Positions 20,352 to 31,607 of a DNA stretch of 64,000 nucleotides are shown in pieces. Within the stretch, counting starts at the first letter, position 1. Each line of letters opens with the position of its first letter. Below the pieces are notes generated by a model. It worked only from the letters and a program-made list of their open reading frames with translations, did no database searches and was not told the DNA's origin. Source of the DNA: Chryseobacterium gleum (GTDB taxonomy: Bacteria; Bacteroidota; Bacteroidia; UBA10329); assembly GCA_945903645.1 (NCBI GenBank), contig CAMDOM010000013.1:485-64484 (forward strand), in the 5' to 3' direction. The position numbers and the translations under genes are program-made.

Positions 20352-21671
20352 ATGAAAATCACCTACTTAAACATGTTTACAGTTGCCACCTTGATTGGTG
20401 CTGCAGCAATGCTTCCTGCTTGTTCAGACAAAGAAGGATGTACTGATTCCTCGGCCGTTAACTTCGATTCAGAAGCTGATACCGACAACGGTTCTTGCTT
20501 GTATGATGCCGCTGTAAAATCAGGAACGCTTTCTGCGAATGAAACTTGGACAAACGACCGCATTTGGGTTATCAGTGGCCGTGTGGTTGTTCCAAATGGC
20601 ATTACACTAACAATTGAAGCCGGAACTATTATTAAAGCAGAAGAAGGACAGGATGCTAACGCTTCTGCACTTATAGTTGCTCGAGGAGGAATGATACTAG
20701 CTGCTGGAACTGCCGATGCACCTATCATTTTCACTTCGATACTTGACAATATTGCTTTGGGCGAAAAAGTTGGAACCAATCTTACAAGCATCGACAACGA
20801 AAAATGGGGTGGTGTTGTAGTTCTTGGAGCTGCACCAATCAGCGCTGTTGCTGGTGATGTTGAAACCAACATCGAAGGCATACCTGCTGGATCAGGCGAA
20901 GGTCTTTTCGGTGGTAGCAATGCAGCCGATAATTCTGGCACACTTAGTTTTGTTTCTATTCGTCATGGTGGTATCTCCATTGGTGAAGGAAACGAATTGA
21001 ATGGTCTTACGCTTGGAGGAGTTGGTTCAGGTACAACCATCTCAAACATCGAAATTTACTCTACACTGGATGACGGTATCGAATGCTTTGGTGGCACAGT
21101 TAATTTGTCAAATGTGTTGGTATTCTTCCAAGGTGATGACGGACTTGATATAGATATGAATTATAGCGGTACCATCGAAAACTTCATTGTTCACCAAGGT
21201 GATGGTGTTGGTACAGATAAAGGTTTAGAAGTTGATGGTCCTGAAGGAACAACCAACACAACTGGAAAATTCACTCTTCGCAATGGTTTAGTAATGTGCG
21301 AAGGTGTTGATGGCAATGCTGCCGATTTCAAAGACAAAGCTCAAGGAACGGTTGAAAATGTAAGTTTCGATTATTCTTCTAAAGGTGGTTCAGTAGTTAA
21401 AGTTCGTGCTAAATATGACGCAGCAGCAGCTTGTGCGCCTTTAACAGACGCTTTTACACGCTTGATGAGCAATAATTTGGAATTCGTTAACATTGATGCC
21501 ATGGATGTGCCATTAACTGTATACACAGCGGTAACACCAGCTTGCGATGGTTCCGTTCCTGCAGATCAACTTTTGGGTGAAACCAAATACAATGCTGCTG
21601 GTGCAGGTTCTACAGTTGCTGCAACGCTATTCTCATGGACAGCAGCTTCTATCAAAGGTGAATTGGAATAA
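20352..21671 (+). CDS. Surface lipoprotein with beta-helix-like repeats
   Basis: Lipobox LPAC; ENLNG/DDGIECFGG/GDDGLD-type repeats. Confidence 0.8.
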   Translation: MKITYLNMFTVATLIGAAAMLPACSDKEGCTDSSAVNFDSEADTDNGSCLYDAAVKSGTLSANETWTNDRIWVISGRVVVPNGITLTIEAGTIIKAEEGQDANASALIVARGGMILAAGTADAPIIFTSILDNIALGEKVGTNLTSIDNEKWGGVVVLGAAPISAVAGDVETNIEGIPAGSGEGLFGGSNAADNSGTLSFVSIRHGGISIGEGNELNGLTLGGVGSGTTISNIEIYSTLDDGIECFGGTVNLSNVLVFFQGDDGLDIDMNYSGTIENFIVHQGDGVGTDKGLEVDGPEGTTNTTGKFTLRNGLVMCEGVDGNAADFKDKAQGTVENVSFDYSSKGGSVVKVRAKYDAAAACAPLTDAFTRLMSNNLEFVNIDAMDVPLTVYTAVTPACDGSVPADQLLGETKYNAAGAGSTVAATLFSWTAASIKGELE

Positions 21672-21698
21672 TTCACAATCTAATTTTTAGTTTAACAA

Positions 21699-21738
21699 CC
21701 GTGCCCTGCATCCATTTTGGTTGCGGGGCATCGTTTTT
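21699..21738 (+). terminator. Intercistronic hairpin with T-tract
   Basis: gtgccctgca...ttgcggggcat followed by cgttttt. Confidence 0.55.
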
Positions 21739-21761
21739 ATAATAACTCCCAACTATTGAGC

Positions 21762-24608
21762 ATGAATTTTAGAAGCATATTTACCATCGTAGTTACATTA
21801 TTTACCCTTTCGAGCTATGCTCAAGAAAAAGGATTTCTTCGCGGAAATTTAGCCGATGGTCAGTTTAGCGGCCCACTCATTGGCGCTTCCGTTCGAGTTG
21901 TAGAATTGGCCGGTGTAGGTGCCACTACAGACTTTGATGGTAACTATTCGGTATCGCTTAATCCCGGCAAATACACCATCGAAATTTCGTACATCTCTTT
22001 TGCTACTCAAGTTTTTAAAGATGTGGTAATCACCGCTGGGCAAGTAACTAAAATTGATGCTACGCTGCAAATGGCCACCGCACAATTGGCGATGGTAGAA
22101 GTGACCGCCCAAGCTCGAAAAAACTCTGAATCTGCTGTGCTTATGGAACGGAAAAATGCTACCAATGTAACCGATGGCTTGTCCGCTCAAGCATTCCGAA
22201 AAGTGGGTGATAGTGATCTTTCGGGAGCAATGAAACGCATCACAGGCGTTACCATTCAAGATGGGAAGTATGTGTATGTGCGTGGTTTGGGCGACAGATA
22301 CACCGTTACAACGCTAAACGGAATGGTTCTTCCGGGTCTCGACCCAGATGTGAATTCCGTGCAAATGGATATCTTCCCTACTTCAATGCTCGACAATGTA
22401 GGCGTATTCAAAACCTTCTCGCCAGAACTCTTTGGCGATTTTACGGGAGGATTGGTAAACATTGTAACAAAGAAATTTCCGGAGGAGAAAACTACCGAAT
22501 TGGGCATTAGTGTTACCTATAATCCATCCATGCATTTCAACAGCGATTTCATCCTCTACAATGGCGGAAAGCTAGATTGGTTGGGAGTTGATGATGGCTC
22601 AAGAGCATTGCCTTTTGATGGAACAAGCAAAGTACCCGATGAAACAAGCAACGACCCCAGGTTGGAGCAAATTACAAGGTCCTTTAATCAAGAGCTTGGT
22701 GCAAAATCTAAAACTTCATTGCCAAATGGTTCCTTCTCGTTCAATCATGGCAATCAGTTTAATAAAGAAAATGGCCTTATTATGGGCTACAATGTAGTTC
22801 TTAACTATTCGAACGAACACATTTTCTATTCCGATTTTCAATCAAATGACTATTTGAAAAGTGATAATAGATCACAAAACGAATTAGATCCTTGGGTAAC
22901 CAGAAAAGGTACAGTGGGTAAGAATAATGTGCTTTGGAGTGGTCTTGTGTCGGGCTCATTAAAGAAACGCGGCAATAGCTTTTCACTTACGTTTTTGCAT
23001 TCGCAAAATGGGGAACGGACTGCCGCGCAACGTGTAAATCAAGACATCAATCAAAACGTATCTACGCTGATTGAAGATGTGCTAACGTTCAGTTCCAAAC
23101 GGTTGAGCACCCTTATTCTCAATGGCGGACATCGCATTGGCAAGGTGGATTTGACATGGGCTAATGCCACATCCTTTTCAGGTGTATATGATCCCGACTT
23201 TCGTGAAACCCGAATATCTGTAACCAATGGAGATACCACTCTAAGTCCTGGCACTGGTGCGGGTATCGACCGTTTTTGGAGAGACCTATCTGAGATTGGC
23301 GAATCGTTCAAAGTGGATTTGAACATAGCGCTTCCTAAACAAATTGAACTAAAAATTGGTGTGGCTGGCAATCTAAAATGGCGCGATTTCGAGGTGTTCA
23401 ACTACAAGAACAGGAGAAACAACTTGAATGATATTGAATCGAACCCCGATTGGTTTCTTCAAGATGACAACTATTGGTCGTCAGACCCTTCTAATCTCAA
23501 CAACGCGAATGGCACCTACACCATTGGCAATTACCAACCTTCCAACTCCTTCTCCGCGCGCCAACACATCTTTGGACACTACGTTATGGTGCAGCAAGAA
23601 CTGATGAAAGTGCTGAAACTGATTTATGGTATCCGCTTGGAAAAAGCAGATATGTATTATACAGGCGTTCCACAAAGTTCTTCAGGCACACGCTACAACG
23701 ATAGCCGCACGTTGAATGAGTGGAACATCATGCCTTCGTTAAACGTGGTATACAATTTCACTCCCAAAATGAATATCCGCTTTGGTATAAATCAAACTGT
23801 AGCGCGACCTAACTTTAAAGAAAAGTCGATTGCCGAAATTTATGACCCCATTACCAAGCGCACATTTATAGGCAATATCGACTTGCAACAAACTAAGATT
23901 AACAATATCGATTTTCGCTACGAGTGGTACATTTCTCCCAAAGAGATTGCAGCAGTATCAGGGTTCTACAAGCAGTTTACGGGGCATATCGAATTGGTAT
24001 CGTTCGTTACAGCCCCCGAAAACATTACCCCACGAAATTCGGGTACAGCACATGTGGCAGGTACCGAATTTGAACTTCGCAAAAGCATTGGTTCGTGGGT
24101 AGATAAGAAGTCGAACAATCATGGATTTTTCTTCAATGGCAATGCCTCTATCGTGTGGTCGTTTGTCGATTTGAAAACTGTAGCAGTTGACAAACAAGGC
24201 ACCACAGAGTTTGCTATAAGAGATTCGGTAAGACGCGATGGTGAAGCATTGCAGTACTTCCGCCCCATGGCAGGCCAATCGCCTTATGCTATAAATGCTG
24301 GCATTAGCTACGAAATTCAAGAAACCCAAACCAGTATTGCAGTTTCATACAACGTGCAAGGTGCACAGCTTTCTGTTATCGGTTCGGGGCGCACTCCCGA
24401 TGTGTATACCGTACCATTTCATAGCCTAAATTTTAATGCGTATCACAGTTTTGGTAAAAAGCGCAACTCGCGTCTCACGCTTAGCATCGACAACATTCTT
24501 GATGACGACCGCACGCTAATGTACCGTTCCTACGAAGCCACCGACCAAATTTATACCACCTACAAACCCGGAATGGCATTCACGTTGAAGTACAATTTCA
24601 AGTTCTAG
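21762..24608 (+). CDS. TonB-dependent receptor (start revised to ATG 21762)
   Basis: CarboxypepD_reg-like N-terminus, plug YVYVRGLGDRY, C-terminal Phe. Confidence 0.92.
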   Translation: MNFRSIFTIVVTLFTLSSYAQEKGFLRGNLADGQFSGPLIGASVRVVELAGVGATTDFDGNYSVSLNPGKYTIEISYISFATQVFKDVVITAGQVTKIDATLQMATAQLAMVEVTAQARKNSESAVLMERKNATNVTDGLSAQAFRKVGDSDLSGAMKRITGVTIQDGKYVYVRGLGDRYTVTTLNGMVLPGLDPDVNSVQMDIFPTSMLDNVGVFKTFSPELFGDFTGGLVNIVTKKFPEEKTTELGISVTYNPSMHFNSDFILYNGGKLDWLGVDDGSRALPFDGTSKVPDETSNDPRLEQITRSFNQELGAKSKTSLPNGSFSFNHGNQFNKENGLIMGYNVVLNYSNEHIFYSDFQSNDYLKSDNRSQNELDPWVTRKGTVGKNNVLWSGLVSGSLKKRGNSFSLTFLHSQNGERTAAQRVNQDINQNVSTLIEDVLTFSSKRLSTLILNGGHRIGKVDLTWANATSFSGVYDPDFRETRISVTNGDTTLSPGTGAGIDRFWRDLSEIGESFKVDLNIALPKQIELKIGVAGNLKWRDFEVFNYKNRRNNLNDIESNPDWFLQDDNYWSSDPSNLNNANGTYTIGNYQPSNSFSARQHIFGHYVMVQQELMKVLKLIYGIRLEKADMYYTGVPQSSSGTRYNDSRTLNEWNIMPSLNVVYNFTPKMNIRFGINQTVARPNFKEKSIAEIYDPITKRTFIGNIDLQQTKINNIDFRYEWYISPKEIAAVSGFYKQFTGHIELVSFVTAPENITPRNSGTAHVAGTEFELRKSIGSWVDKKSNNHGFFFNGNASIVWSFVDLKTVAVDKQGTTEFAIRDSVRRDGEALQYFRPMAGQSPYAINAGISYEIQETQTSIAVSYNVQGAQLSVIGSGRTPDVYTVPFHSLNFNAYHSFGKKRNSRLTLSIDNILDDDRTLMYRSYEATDQIYTTYKPGMAFTLKYNFKF

Positions 24609-24630
24609 CATGAGATTTTAGTACTAAATC

Positions 24631-24665
24631 AAAGCCGCCAACTTTCTCATAGTTGGCGGTTTTGT
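24631..24665 (+). terminator. Intrinsic terminator
   Basis: aaagccgccaact-ttctcat-agttggcggttttg. Confidence 0.75.
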
Positions 24666-24701
24666 TCTTTATAGCTTTGCCCCGCATTTCAAAATAGCAG
24701 A

Positions 24702-25484
24702 ATGGACAACAACATTATCGAAGCTGGCAGCGTAGCCCTAGAGATAGATTCCAATGGAATAGGTTCAATCACCTTTGCTCATCCATTAAGCAATTCACTT
24801 CCAGGTAATCTCTTGCGCAAACTGGCCAGAACTATTGAGGAAGCAGGCGAAAACCCAGAAATAACGGTAATTGTATTGCGTAGCGAGGGTGAGAAAGCAT
24901 TTTGTGCCGGTGCTTCGTTTGACGAACTGGTGTCTATTGATAATTTAGATCAGGGTAAAGTGTTCTTTTCGGGATTTGCAGCTGTGATTAATGCGATGCG
25001 CAAAGCCCCAAAGTTTGTGCTGTGCCGTGTGCAAGGCAAGGCCGTGGGCGGTGGTGTAGGGCTAGCATCTGCTGCCGATTACACCTTAGCAACCACCAAA
25101 GCCGATGTGAAACTAAGCGAATTAGCAGTGGGTATTGGCCCATTTGTAGTTGGGCCTGCGGTAGAGCGAAAAATTGGAACTTCGGCATTTACCCAACTTT
25201 CTATTGATGCTACAGCATGGAAACCTGCTGATTGGGCGCGCGAAAAAGGACTGTACACCGCGTGTTTCGATTCACTAGAAGAACTGGATGCAGCCCTTGA
25301 TGCGTTAGCACTTCAGTTGGCGAAAAGCAATCCCGAAGCCATGCGAATGCTAAAGAAAGTGTTTTGGGAAGGAACAGACCATTGGGACCAACTTCTTATT
25401 GAACGCGCTGAAATGAGCGGTACTTTGGTCTTATCTGACTTTACGCGCAGCGCCATTTCAAAGTTTAAGAAAGGCGAACGCTAA
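24702..25484 (+). CDS. Enoyl-CoA hydratase/isomerase family (methylglutaconyl-CoA hydratase-like)
   Basis: FCAGAS, GKAVGGGVGL, LSELAVGIGP. Confidence 0.88.
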   Translation: MDNNIIEAGSVALEIDSNGIGSITFAHPLSNSLPGNLLRKLARTIEEAGENPEITVIVLRSEGEKAFCAGASFDELVSIDNLDQGKVFFSGFAAVINAMRKAPKFVLCRVQGKAVGGGVGLASAADYTLATTKADVKLSELAVGIGPFVVGPAVERKIGTSAFTQLSIDATAWKPADWAREKGLYTACFDSLEELDAALDALALQLAKSNPEAMRMLKKVFWEGTDHWDQLLIERAEMSGTLVLSDFTRSAISKFKKGER

Positions 25485-25508
25485 GATTGCTAAGAACCGC
25501 AGTGGTTC

Positions 25509-27905
25509 TTATATTTCGATTACTATGCCAAAGGACGGCACTACAGTTCCCGTCACGTTTTTCACCTCGCGTAGCAAATAGCGACTTTGGTCATTGGGGT
25601 CTTTTACCTTCTCTCCTTGGTCATTTGTTTCCACTACATAAAACGGAGCTTGTTCAGCTTTGAAGTTGTAGGCATTCTGAATATCAAGGTAGATATTGAG
25701 TGCCCATTTCTTAAAGAACCATTTCTTGTCCACTCGTAAATCGAGGAAGTGAGCAGGCGAAAGCCTACCTTGGTTGAGTCTTGTAAAATCTTGCTGCGCA
25801 TTGCGATTTACCTCCCAAACTTTAATAAGCGAAGAATTGCCTACATCGGCTGGTGTGTAAGGGTTTCCTCCGTTGAAACGCCAGCGCAAGCCCAATTCCC
25901 AGTTACGCTTGAATTTCTTTCCTCCGGTAAATGAAATCAGATGTTGTGCATCCCAACTGGAGGGAACAAACTCGCCTGAACCGTTCTGAAATTCACTGCG
26001 CACCCATGTATAGGCCAAGATTCCGTAGAATCCTTTCCATAACTTTTGCTGCGCTAAGAACTCCACACCGTAGGAGCGGCCTTCGTTGGTGCTCACCACT
26101 TCTTCGTTGCCAATCACGCCAAAGTCAGCTCCAAAATTGGCAAGCGACACACCATTGGCCACTAAAAACGGATAGTTTTCCCAATACTTGAAAAAGCCTT
26201 CTACAGATAGTTTTAGCGCTGTTGGTGAGATGTATTCTACGCCAGCAACAGCATGGTTTCCGATGATATAGCTAATGCCATTGTCGCGGTTTACGAGCGT
26301 ACCTGCATTGTTCCGAAATCCCATAGCAGTGTAGGGGGGGAGCTGGGCATAGCGCCCCACGTTGAAATTGAGATTAAATCTGTCGGATAGAGAATAAGAA
26401 GCCGAAATGCGTGGGGAGAAAGTCTTGTATGTACTGGCCATTTCAGCTGAATAGCTATTGCCATCAAAGCGCGCTCCTACGCTCAACAAGAGCCGTCCGT
26501 TTAGCATGGATCTGCTCAACTGACCAAAACCAGCCCATTTATGAATGTCTATTGCAGAGCTGAAATTGATAGTGATAGTGTCAATGGTTTGCCCATCGGG
26601 TAATGTAATTCGATTAAATGTGGAATTGGTGTATCGTGCATATTCATACGCCACGCCATAGTTTAATTTCCATCCTTTTCCGCGCCAGTTGTTTTCTACC
26701 CGCAATCTATTTTCAATTTCTTGCGATTGATAGTTGAGCAATAAATTGGCTGCATCTTCCACATTTCCTTTATACTTCTCCGCTTGATTATTCAGCATAT
26801 TTCGGCTTACAACCACTTCTGTGAAACCGGATTCGCGATAGTTTTTCCAAACTGCACCAATGGTGTAGTTCCATTGTGAGTTCACAGGCAACAACTCCAC
26901 AATGCGTTTTTGCTCTTCATCCAAATCATCGTCAAGGTTCAAACTAAATTGGTCAATAGCTCCCAATCCAATTACCACCAATTCGTTTTTATCATTGATT
27001 TTCCATTTGTATTTCAACTGAAAGTCATCATACGTAGGAAGAAATGGTAAGCCAATCAAACGGAATAAAAACTGAAGGTATGACCTCCGATAGCTGAACA
27101 TAAAGGAATGTCCCTTTGCAATTGGGCCTTCTATTGTAAGGCCTGCATCGTTTGCGCCAAGGGTAAAATTGCCTCCAATTCTGTCTGTGCGTGGGTCTTT
27201 CATCTTAAAGTTGAGCACCGAACTGATGGCATTGCCGCGATTTGAAGGAAATGCTCCCGAAAAGAATTCTACTTCTCGAATGAAATTGACATTGATTAGG
27301 CCAACAGGTCCACCAGATGCACCTTGCGTGGCAAAATGGTTGATGTTTGGCACCTCAACACCATCCAAGAAAAAACGATTCTCATTGGGCGCACCACCGC
27401 GAATAATCAAGTCATTTCGAAATGCTACCGAACTCTGCACGCCAGGCAGCGACTGCAATGCTTTAGATATATCTCTATTGCCTCCAGGATTGCGCTCTAT
27501 TTCATTTACTCCAATTGTGCGCAGCGACACAGGGCTCTCTTCCTTCTTCTCGAAGGGATTAGCGCGCACTTCCACAACCTCGAGAGTTTTGCTGTCGGCT
27601 TCGAGCGAGAAATCTACTTTGGCGGGCTTGTTATTAAGCACCTGCACCTCAAATTCTACCTTACCCTTGTAGCCAATATATGATACTTCAATATTGTAAA
27701 GGCCGGGTTTGATGCCCGCTATTTTGTAATTTCCATCAATATCGGAAGTAGCTCCTGTAGTTGTTCCTTGAACAACAACATTGGCAAATGGCACAGGTTC
27801 ATTGCTCTTGGCATCAGATATGCGGCCTTCCACCACACCAGTTTGAGCTAGCATGTTTGAAGTGAATGCAATAAAAAATAGGATGGAAAAGCCTAAACGT
27901 TTCAT
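25509..27905 (-). CDS. TonB-dependent receptor (start revised to ATG 27905)
   Basis: Signal peptide, CarboxypepD_reg domain, plug IIRGGAPNENRFFLDG. Confidence 0.9.
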   Translation of the reverse strand: MKRLGFSILFFIAFTSNMLAQTGVVEGRISDAKSNEPVPFANVVVQGTTTGATSDIDGNYKIAGIKPGLYNIEVSYIGYKGKVEFEVQVLNNKPAKVDFSLEADSKTLEVVEVRANPFEKKEESPVSLRTIGVNEIERNPGGNRDISKALQSLPGVQSSVAFRNDLIIRGGAPNENRFFLDGVEVPNINHFATQGASGGPVGLINVNFIREVEFFSGAFPSNRGNAISSVLNFKMKDPRTDRIGGNFTLGANDAGLTIEGPIAKGHSFMFSYRRSYLQFLFRLIGLPFLPTYDDFQLKYKWKINDKNELVVIGLGAIDQFSLNLDDDLDEEQKRIVELLPVNSQWNYTIGAVWKNYRESGFTEVVVSRNMLNNQAEKYKGNVEDAANLLLNYQSQEIENRLRVENNWRGKGWKLNYGVAYEYARYTNSTFNRITLPDGQTIDTITINFSSAIDIHKWAGFGQLSRSMLNGRLLLSVGARFDGNSYSAEMASTYKTFSPRISASYSLSDRFNLNFNVGRYAQLPPYTAMGFRNNAGTLVNRDNGISYIIGNHAVAGVEYISPTALKLSVEGFFKYWENYPFLVANGVSLANFGADFGVIGNEEVVSTNEGRSYGVEFLAQQKLWKGFYGILAYTWVRSEFQNGSGEFVPSSWDAQHLISFTGGKKFKRNWELGLRWRFNGGNPYTPADVGNSSLIKVWEVNRNAQQDFTRLNQGRLSPAHFLDLRVDKKWFFKKWALNIYLDIQNAYNFKAEQAPFYVVETNDQGEKVKDPNDQSRYLLREVKNVTGTVVPSFGIVIEI

Positions 27906-28125
27906 GGAGGATTTCTTTAGTAATAAAGACCAAAAAATGGTGAAATTGTTTAACCAAATTTCGATTTCAGAAAACCGATTGAATTCTGAAACTAAGTGCA
28001 TTTGAATAGCTGCTTCAAATCTGGAGACAAACGAGTAGGGTAGGAGCATCCCTGCACGAAAATTGATGTACGCATTTAACTAGAGTCGCTCTTTATTTTC
28101 TGATATCAGAAGTACGATTCACAAA

Positions 28126-31100
28126 TTAGGCTTTAGAAAATGCCAAACGAATCTTCTCTACTAACAAATACATCACAGGAACCAACACCAAGGTGAGGAA
28201 TGTGGCAAAAGTGAGTCCGAAAATTACCGTCCATGACAATGGTCCCCAAAACGATACGCTATCACCGCCAAAATATATCTGTGGGTCAAGGTCGCTCATC
28301 AAGGTATAAAAATTGATGTTCATACCTGTAGCAAGTGGAATCAAACCAAGCACTGTGGTAATTGCTGTGAGCAAAACTGGACGTAAACGCGTGCGCCCTG
28401 AATGAACGATAGCACCAATCATTTCATTGGCAGGTAGGTTTTTATCTGTAGCAATTCCAAGCTCTTCTTTTCTGCGGGCTATACTTAAATCAATATAGTC
28501 AATAAGCACAATGGCGTTGTTTACCACCACACCGGCCAACGATACAATGCCAATTCCAGTCATGATTACCGATATTTTCATTCCGAAAATGGCAACACCC
28601 AGGAATACGCCAATGGTGCTAAATAAAACCGTCATCATAATAATTACTGGTTTTATCACGCTATTGAACTGCGAAACCAAGATGAGCGTAATCAGGAATA
28701 TGGCTATCAAAAACGCATTTTTCAAGAAAGCTTGGGCCTTGTCTTGTTCCATGGCTTTGCCTGTGTAGCTAACCACATAGCCTTCTGGCACAGTGTAGCT
28801 GGCAAACATTTCTTGTATTTGGGCATTGATTTCGGTTTCGTTGTAACCTTCCAATACGTTGCTGTAAATAGTTACCGTGCGGTTTTGGTCTTTGCGTTTT
28901 ACCGCTCCAAACGAAGAGGAATAGCTAATATCTGCTACTGCCGAAATAGGTATTTGCTTCACACGCCCATCGGTCATGTCCCGAAACGTGATTTTTTGAT
29001 TGAGCAATGTGCTTACATCATAACGGTAATCATCTTTGAGGCGTAGCATGATAGGAAATTCGTCTTCCCCGTCTTTGAATTTGCTGACTTCCTTGCCAAA
29101 CAATGCCGTACGAATAGTGCTGCCAATTTGCGCTGTGCTCAAGCCAAAGCGCCTTGCCCGAGTGCGATCCACGTGCACCAATACTTCTGGCTTGCCCAAT
29201 TCTAGGTCAGTTTTTAAGCCTTCAATACCTGGAATATCTGCCTTCTGTAAACGATTGGTAATATCGTCTGATATTTCAATCAACTTATCATAGTCATCGC
29301 CACTAACCTCAATGTTGATAGGTTTACCTACGGGAGGACCGTCTTGGTTTTTCTCCACACTTACAATTACACCTGGATATTTCGTTAGTTTCTGGGCTAG
29401 CACCTTCATTACCTCAGAGCTCTTTATACCTTCACGTAATTGAAATTCTTTGAAGGAGATGGTAATTCTGGCTTTGTTTGGTGTTTCACCTGCTGGTGGC
29501 CCGGCTACAGGGTCGCTCGCACCTTCGCCAATGTTGGTTACAACTGAATTTACCGCTGCGAGATAAGGTTTTATAATACTGTCAATATCGGTTTCAAGGT
29601 CACGAATAGATTTGTTAGTTTTTTCAATGTCTGTACCTATTGGAACTTCTACAAACACATTGATGTATTTAGGCTCGTTGGCAGGGAAAAACTCCACCTC
29701 TGGCTTCACTATGCCAAGCAAGACTATAGAGAAAACTAATAAAACGCCTGTTCCAAAAAAGAATAAGGTAGGTTTCCATCCAGACAGAGCAAAATTCAAA
29801 AACTTCTCGTAAGCCGAATCTTGCCATGGCAAAAACGATTTCTGAAATTTATTGCTGGCTGGTCGAAAAAAGAATGCATTGATAAGCGTGATAATTGCCA
29901 CGGTTGCCATCATTGTTCCTAAACTGAAATTGCCAAACACATAGCCCAGAATAGATAGCACTGTTGATACTCCAGCCCAAACCATAACTCGCTTGAGATT
30001 GAGCGGAACTTCGCCTTCTGTTTTAATAAACATAGAGGCAAGTACTGGATTTACTACCAACGCTACGAACAAAGAAGAGCCCAATACTGCAATAAGCGTT
30101 ATGGGTAAGAATTTCATGAATTCGCCCATAATGCTGTCCCAGAACAGAAGCGGTAAAAATGCAGCCAAAGTGGTAGCAGTAGACGAAATAATTGGAATGG
30201 CAATTTCGCCTACACCATATTTCGAAGCGTTGTCGGCACTGCGGCCTTGACTATAAAATCGGTAGATATTTTCAATGGTTACAATGCCGTTATCGACCAG
30301 CATACCTAGGGCTAGGATCAGTCCGAATAGCACCATCATATTGATGGTAACTCCCAAGAAGCTGAGAATAATAAAACTCATCAGCATACTCATTGGGATG
30401 GCGATGCCTACAAACAGTGCATTTCGAACCCCGAGATAGAAGAGTAAGATGAGCACCACAAGAATAATACCCGAGAAAATATTGTTCTCTAAGTTGAGCA
30501 GTTGTCCGCGTACCTCATCACTCTGGTCGTTGGTTATGGTAACTTTTAGATCTGAAGGGAAGTGATTTTCTTTCACCTCTGCTAAAATCTTTGAAATGGT
30601 TTCGGTAGCAATCAATAGGTTTTCTCCCGATTTCTTTACCACATCGAGTGATACCACTTGCTCGCCATTTAGGCGAGCATAGCTACTACGTTCTTTGTAA
30701 CTATCGGTTACGGTAGCTACATCTCGAAGGTAAACGATATAGCCCAATTCTGATTTTACTATGGTATTCATCAGTTCGTCCACATCCTCATATTCGCCTG
30801 ATACGCGTATGTTTCTGCGGGTTCCATCCATTAAGATGTCTCCACCAGATATGTTCATGTTTTCATACCCAATAGCACTTTCAATATCGGTAAATGACAC
30901 CTTAACCATTTCCATGCGGTGTTGGTCTACCATGATATTTATTTCACGGTCTAATCCACCACGCAAATCCACAGATGAAAGCTGCGGGATAACTTCCAAT
31001 TTTTCTTGCAGGTATTCGGCATATTCCTTTAGGTCGTCCACGCTGTAATCTCCCGAAAGGTTGATGTTCATTACGGGCATATCAGCAAAGTTGATGTCGG

Positions 31101-31545
31101 TAACAAATGGCTCAATGTCCAAATCGCTAGGAAGCTCGCCTTTGGCCTTGTCTACCGCGTCTTTCACGTCTTGCAGGGCTTCTTCAACAGGCACATCGGT
31201 ATTGAATTCTACAATGATGATGGAGTTGTCTTGCACCGAAGTGGAACTCATATCATTGATGCCTTTTATGGGCTTAATTTCTTTCTCTATTACACGCGTA
31301 ACGAGATTTTCGATGTCCAAAGGAGAGTTACCGGGATAAACTGTGCGCACATAAATTTTGGGCATCACAATCTCAGGATACAGCTCTTTTGGCATTGACT
31401 CGTAAGCCATAAAGCCACCAATGGCAATAAGCAACATCATCAAAAGCACACTTATTTTATTGTTAAGTGCCCAGGTACTCAGCCAATAATCTTTGTCAAG
31501 CAGACCAGCGTCTGTTTGTGTATTCGTATTTTGAATCTCTGACAT
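28126..31545 (-). CDS. RND efflux transporter permease (AcrB family)
   Basis: GMLVDNGIV, RLRPVLLTA, 12 TM layout. Confidence 0.95.
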   Translation of the reverse strand: MSEIQNTNTQTDAGLLDKDYWLSTWALNNKISVLLMMLLIAIGGFMAYESMPKELYPEIVMPKIYVRTVYPGNSPLDIENLVTRVIEKEIKPIKGINDMSSTSVQDNSIIIVEFNTDVPVEEALQDVKDAVDKAKGELPSDLDIEPFVTDINFADMPVMNINLSGDYSVDDLKEYAEYLQEKLEVIPQLSSVDLRGGLDREINIMVDQHRMEMVKVSFTDIESAIGYENMNISGGDILMDGTRRNIRVSGEYEDVDELMNTIVKSELGYIVYLRDVATVTDSYKERSSYARLNGEQVVSLDVVKKSGENLLIATETISKILAEVKENHFPSDLKVTITNDQSDEVRGQLLNLENNIFSGIILVVLILLFYLGVRNALFVGIAIPMSMLMSFIILSFLGVTINMMVLFGLILALGMLVDNGIVTIENIYRFYSQGRSADNASKYGVGEIAIPIISSTATTLAAFLPLLFWDSIMGEFMKFLPITLIAVLGSSLFVALVVNPVLASMFIKTEGEVPLNLKRVMVWAGVSTVLSILGYVFGNFSLGTMMATVAIITLINAFFFRPASNKFQKSFLPWQDSAYEKFLNFALSGWKPTLFFFGTGVLLVFSIVLLGIVKPEVEFFPANEPKYINVFVEVPIGTDIEKTNKSIRDLETDIDSIIKPYLAAVNSVVTNIGEGASDPVAGPPAGETPNKARITISFKEFQLREGIKSSEVMKVLAQKLTKYPGVIVSVEKNQDGPPVGKPINIEVSGDDYDKLIEISDDITNRLQKADIPGIEGLKTDLELGKPEVLVHVDRTRARRFGLSTAQIGSTIRTALFGKEVSKFKDGEDEFPIMLRLKDDYRYDVSTLLNQKITFRDMTDGRVKQIPISAVADISYSSSFGAVKRKDQNRTVTIYSNVLEGYNETEINAQIQEMFASYTVPEGYVVSYTGKAMEQDKAQAFLKNAFLIAIFLITLILVSQFNSVIKPVIIMMTVLFSTIGVFLGVAIFGMKISVIMTGIGIVSLAGVVVNNAIVLIDYIDLSIARRKEELGIATDKNLPANEMIGAIVHSGRTRLRPVLLTAITTVLGLIPLATGMNINFYTLMSDLDPQIYFGGDSVSFWGPLSWTVIFGLTFATFLTLVLVPVMYLLVEKIRLAFSKA

Positions 31546-31607
31546 GAGAGCAGTTTTTTAAATCAGAATGATAAATTGTTTGTTCGAACGTTGTGACATA
31601 AACAGCC

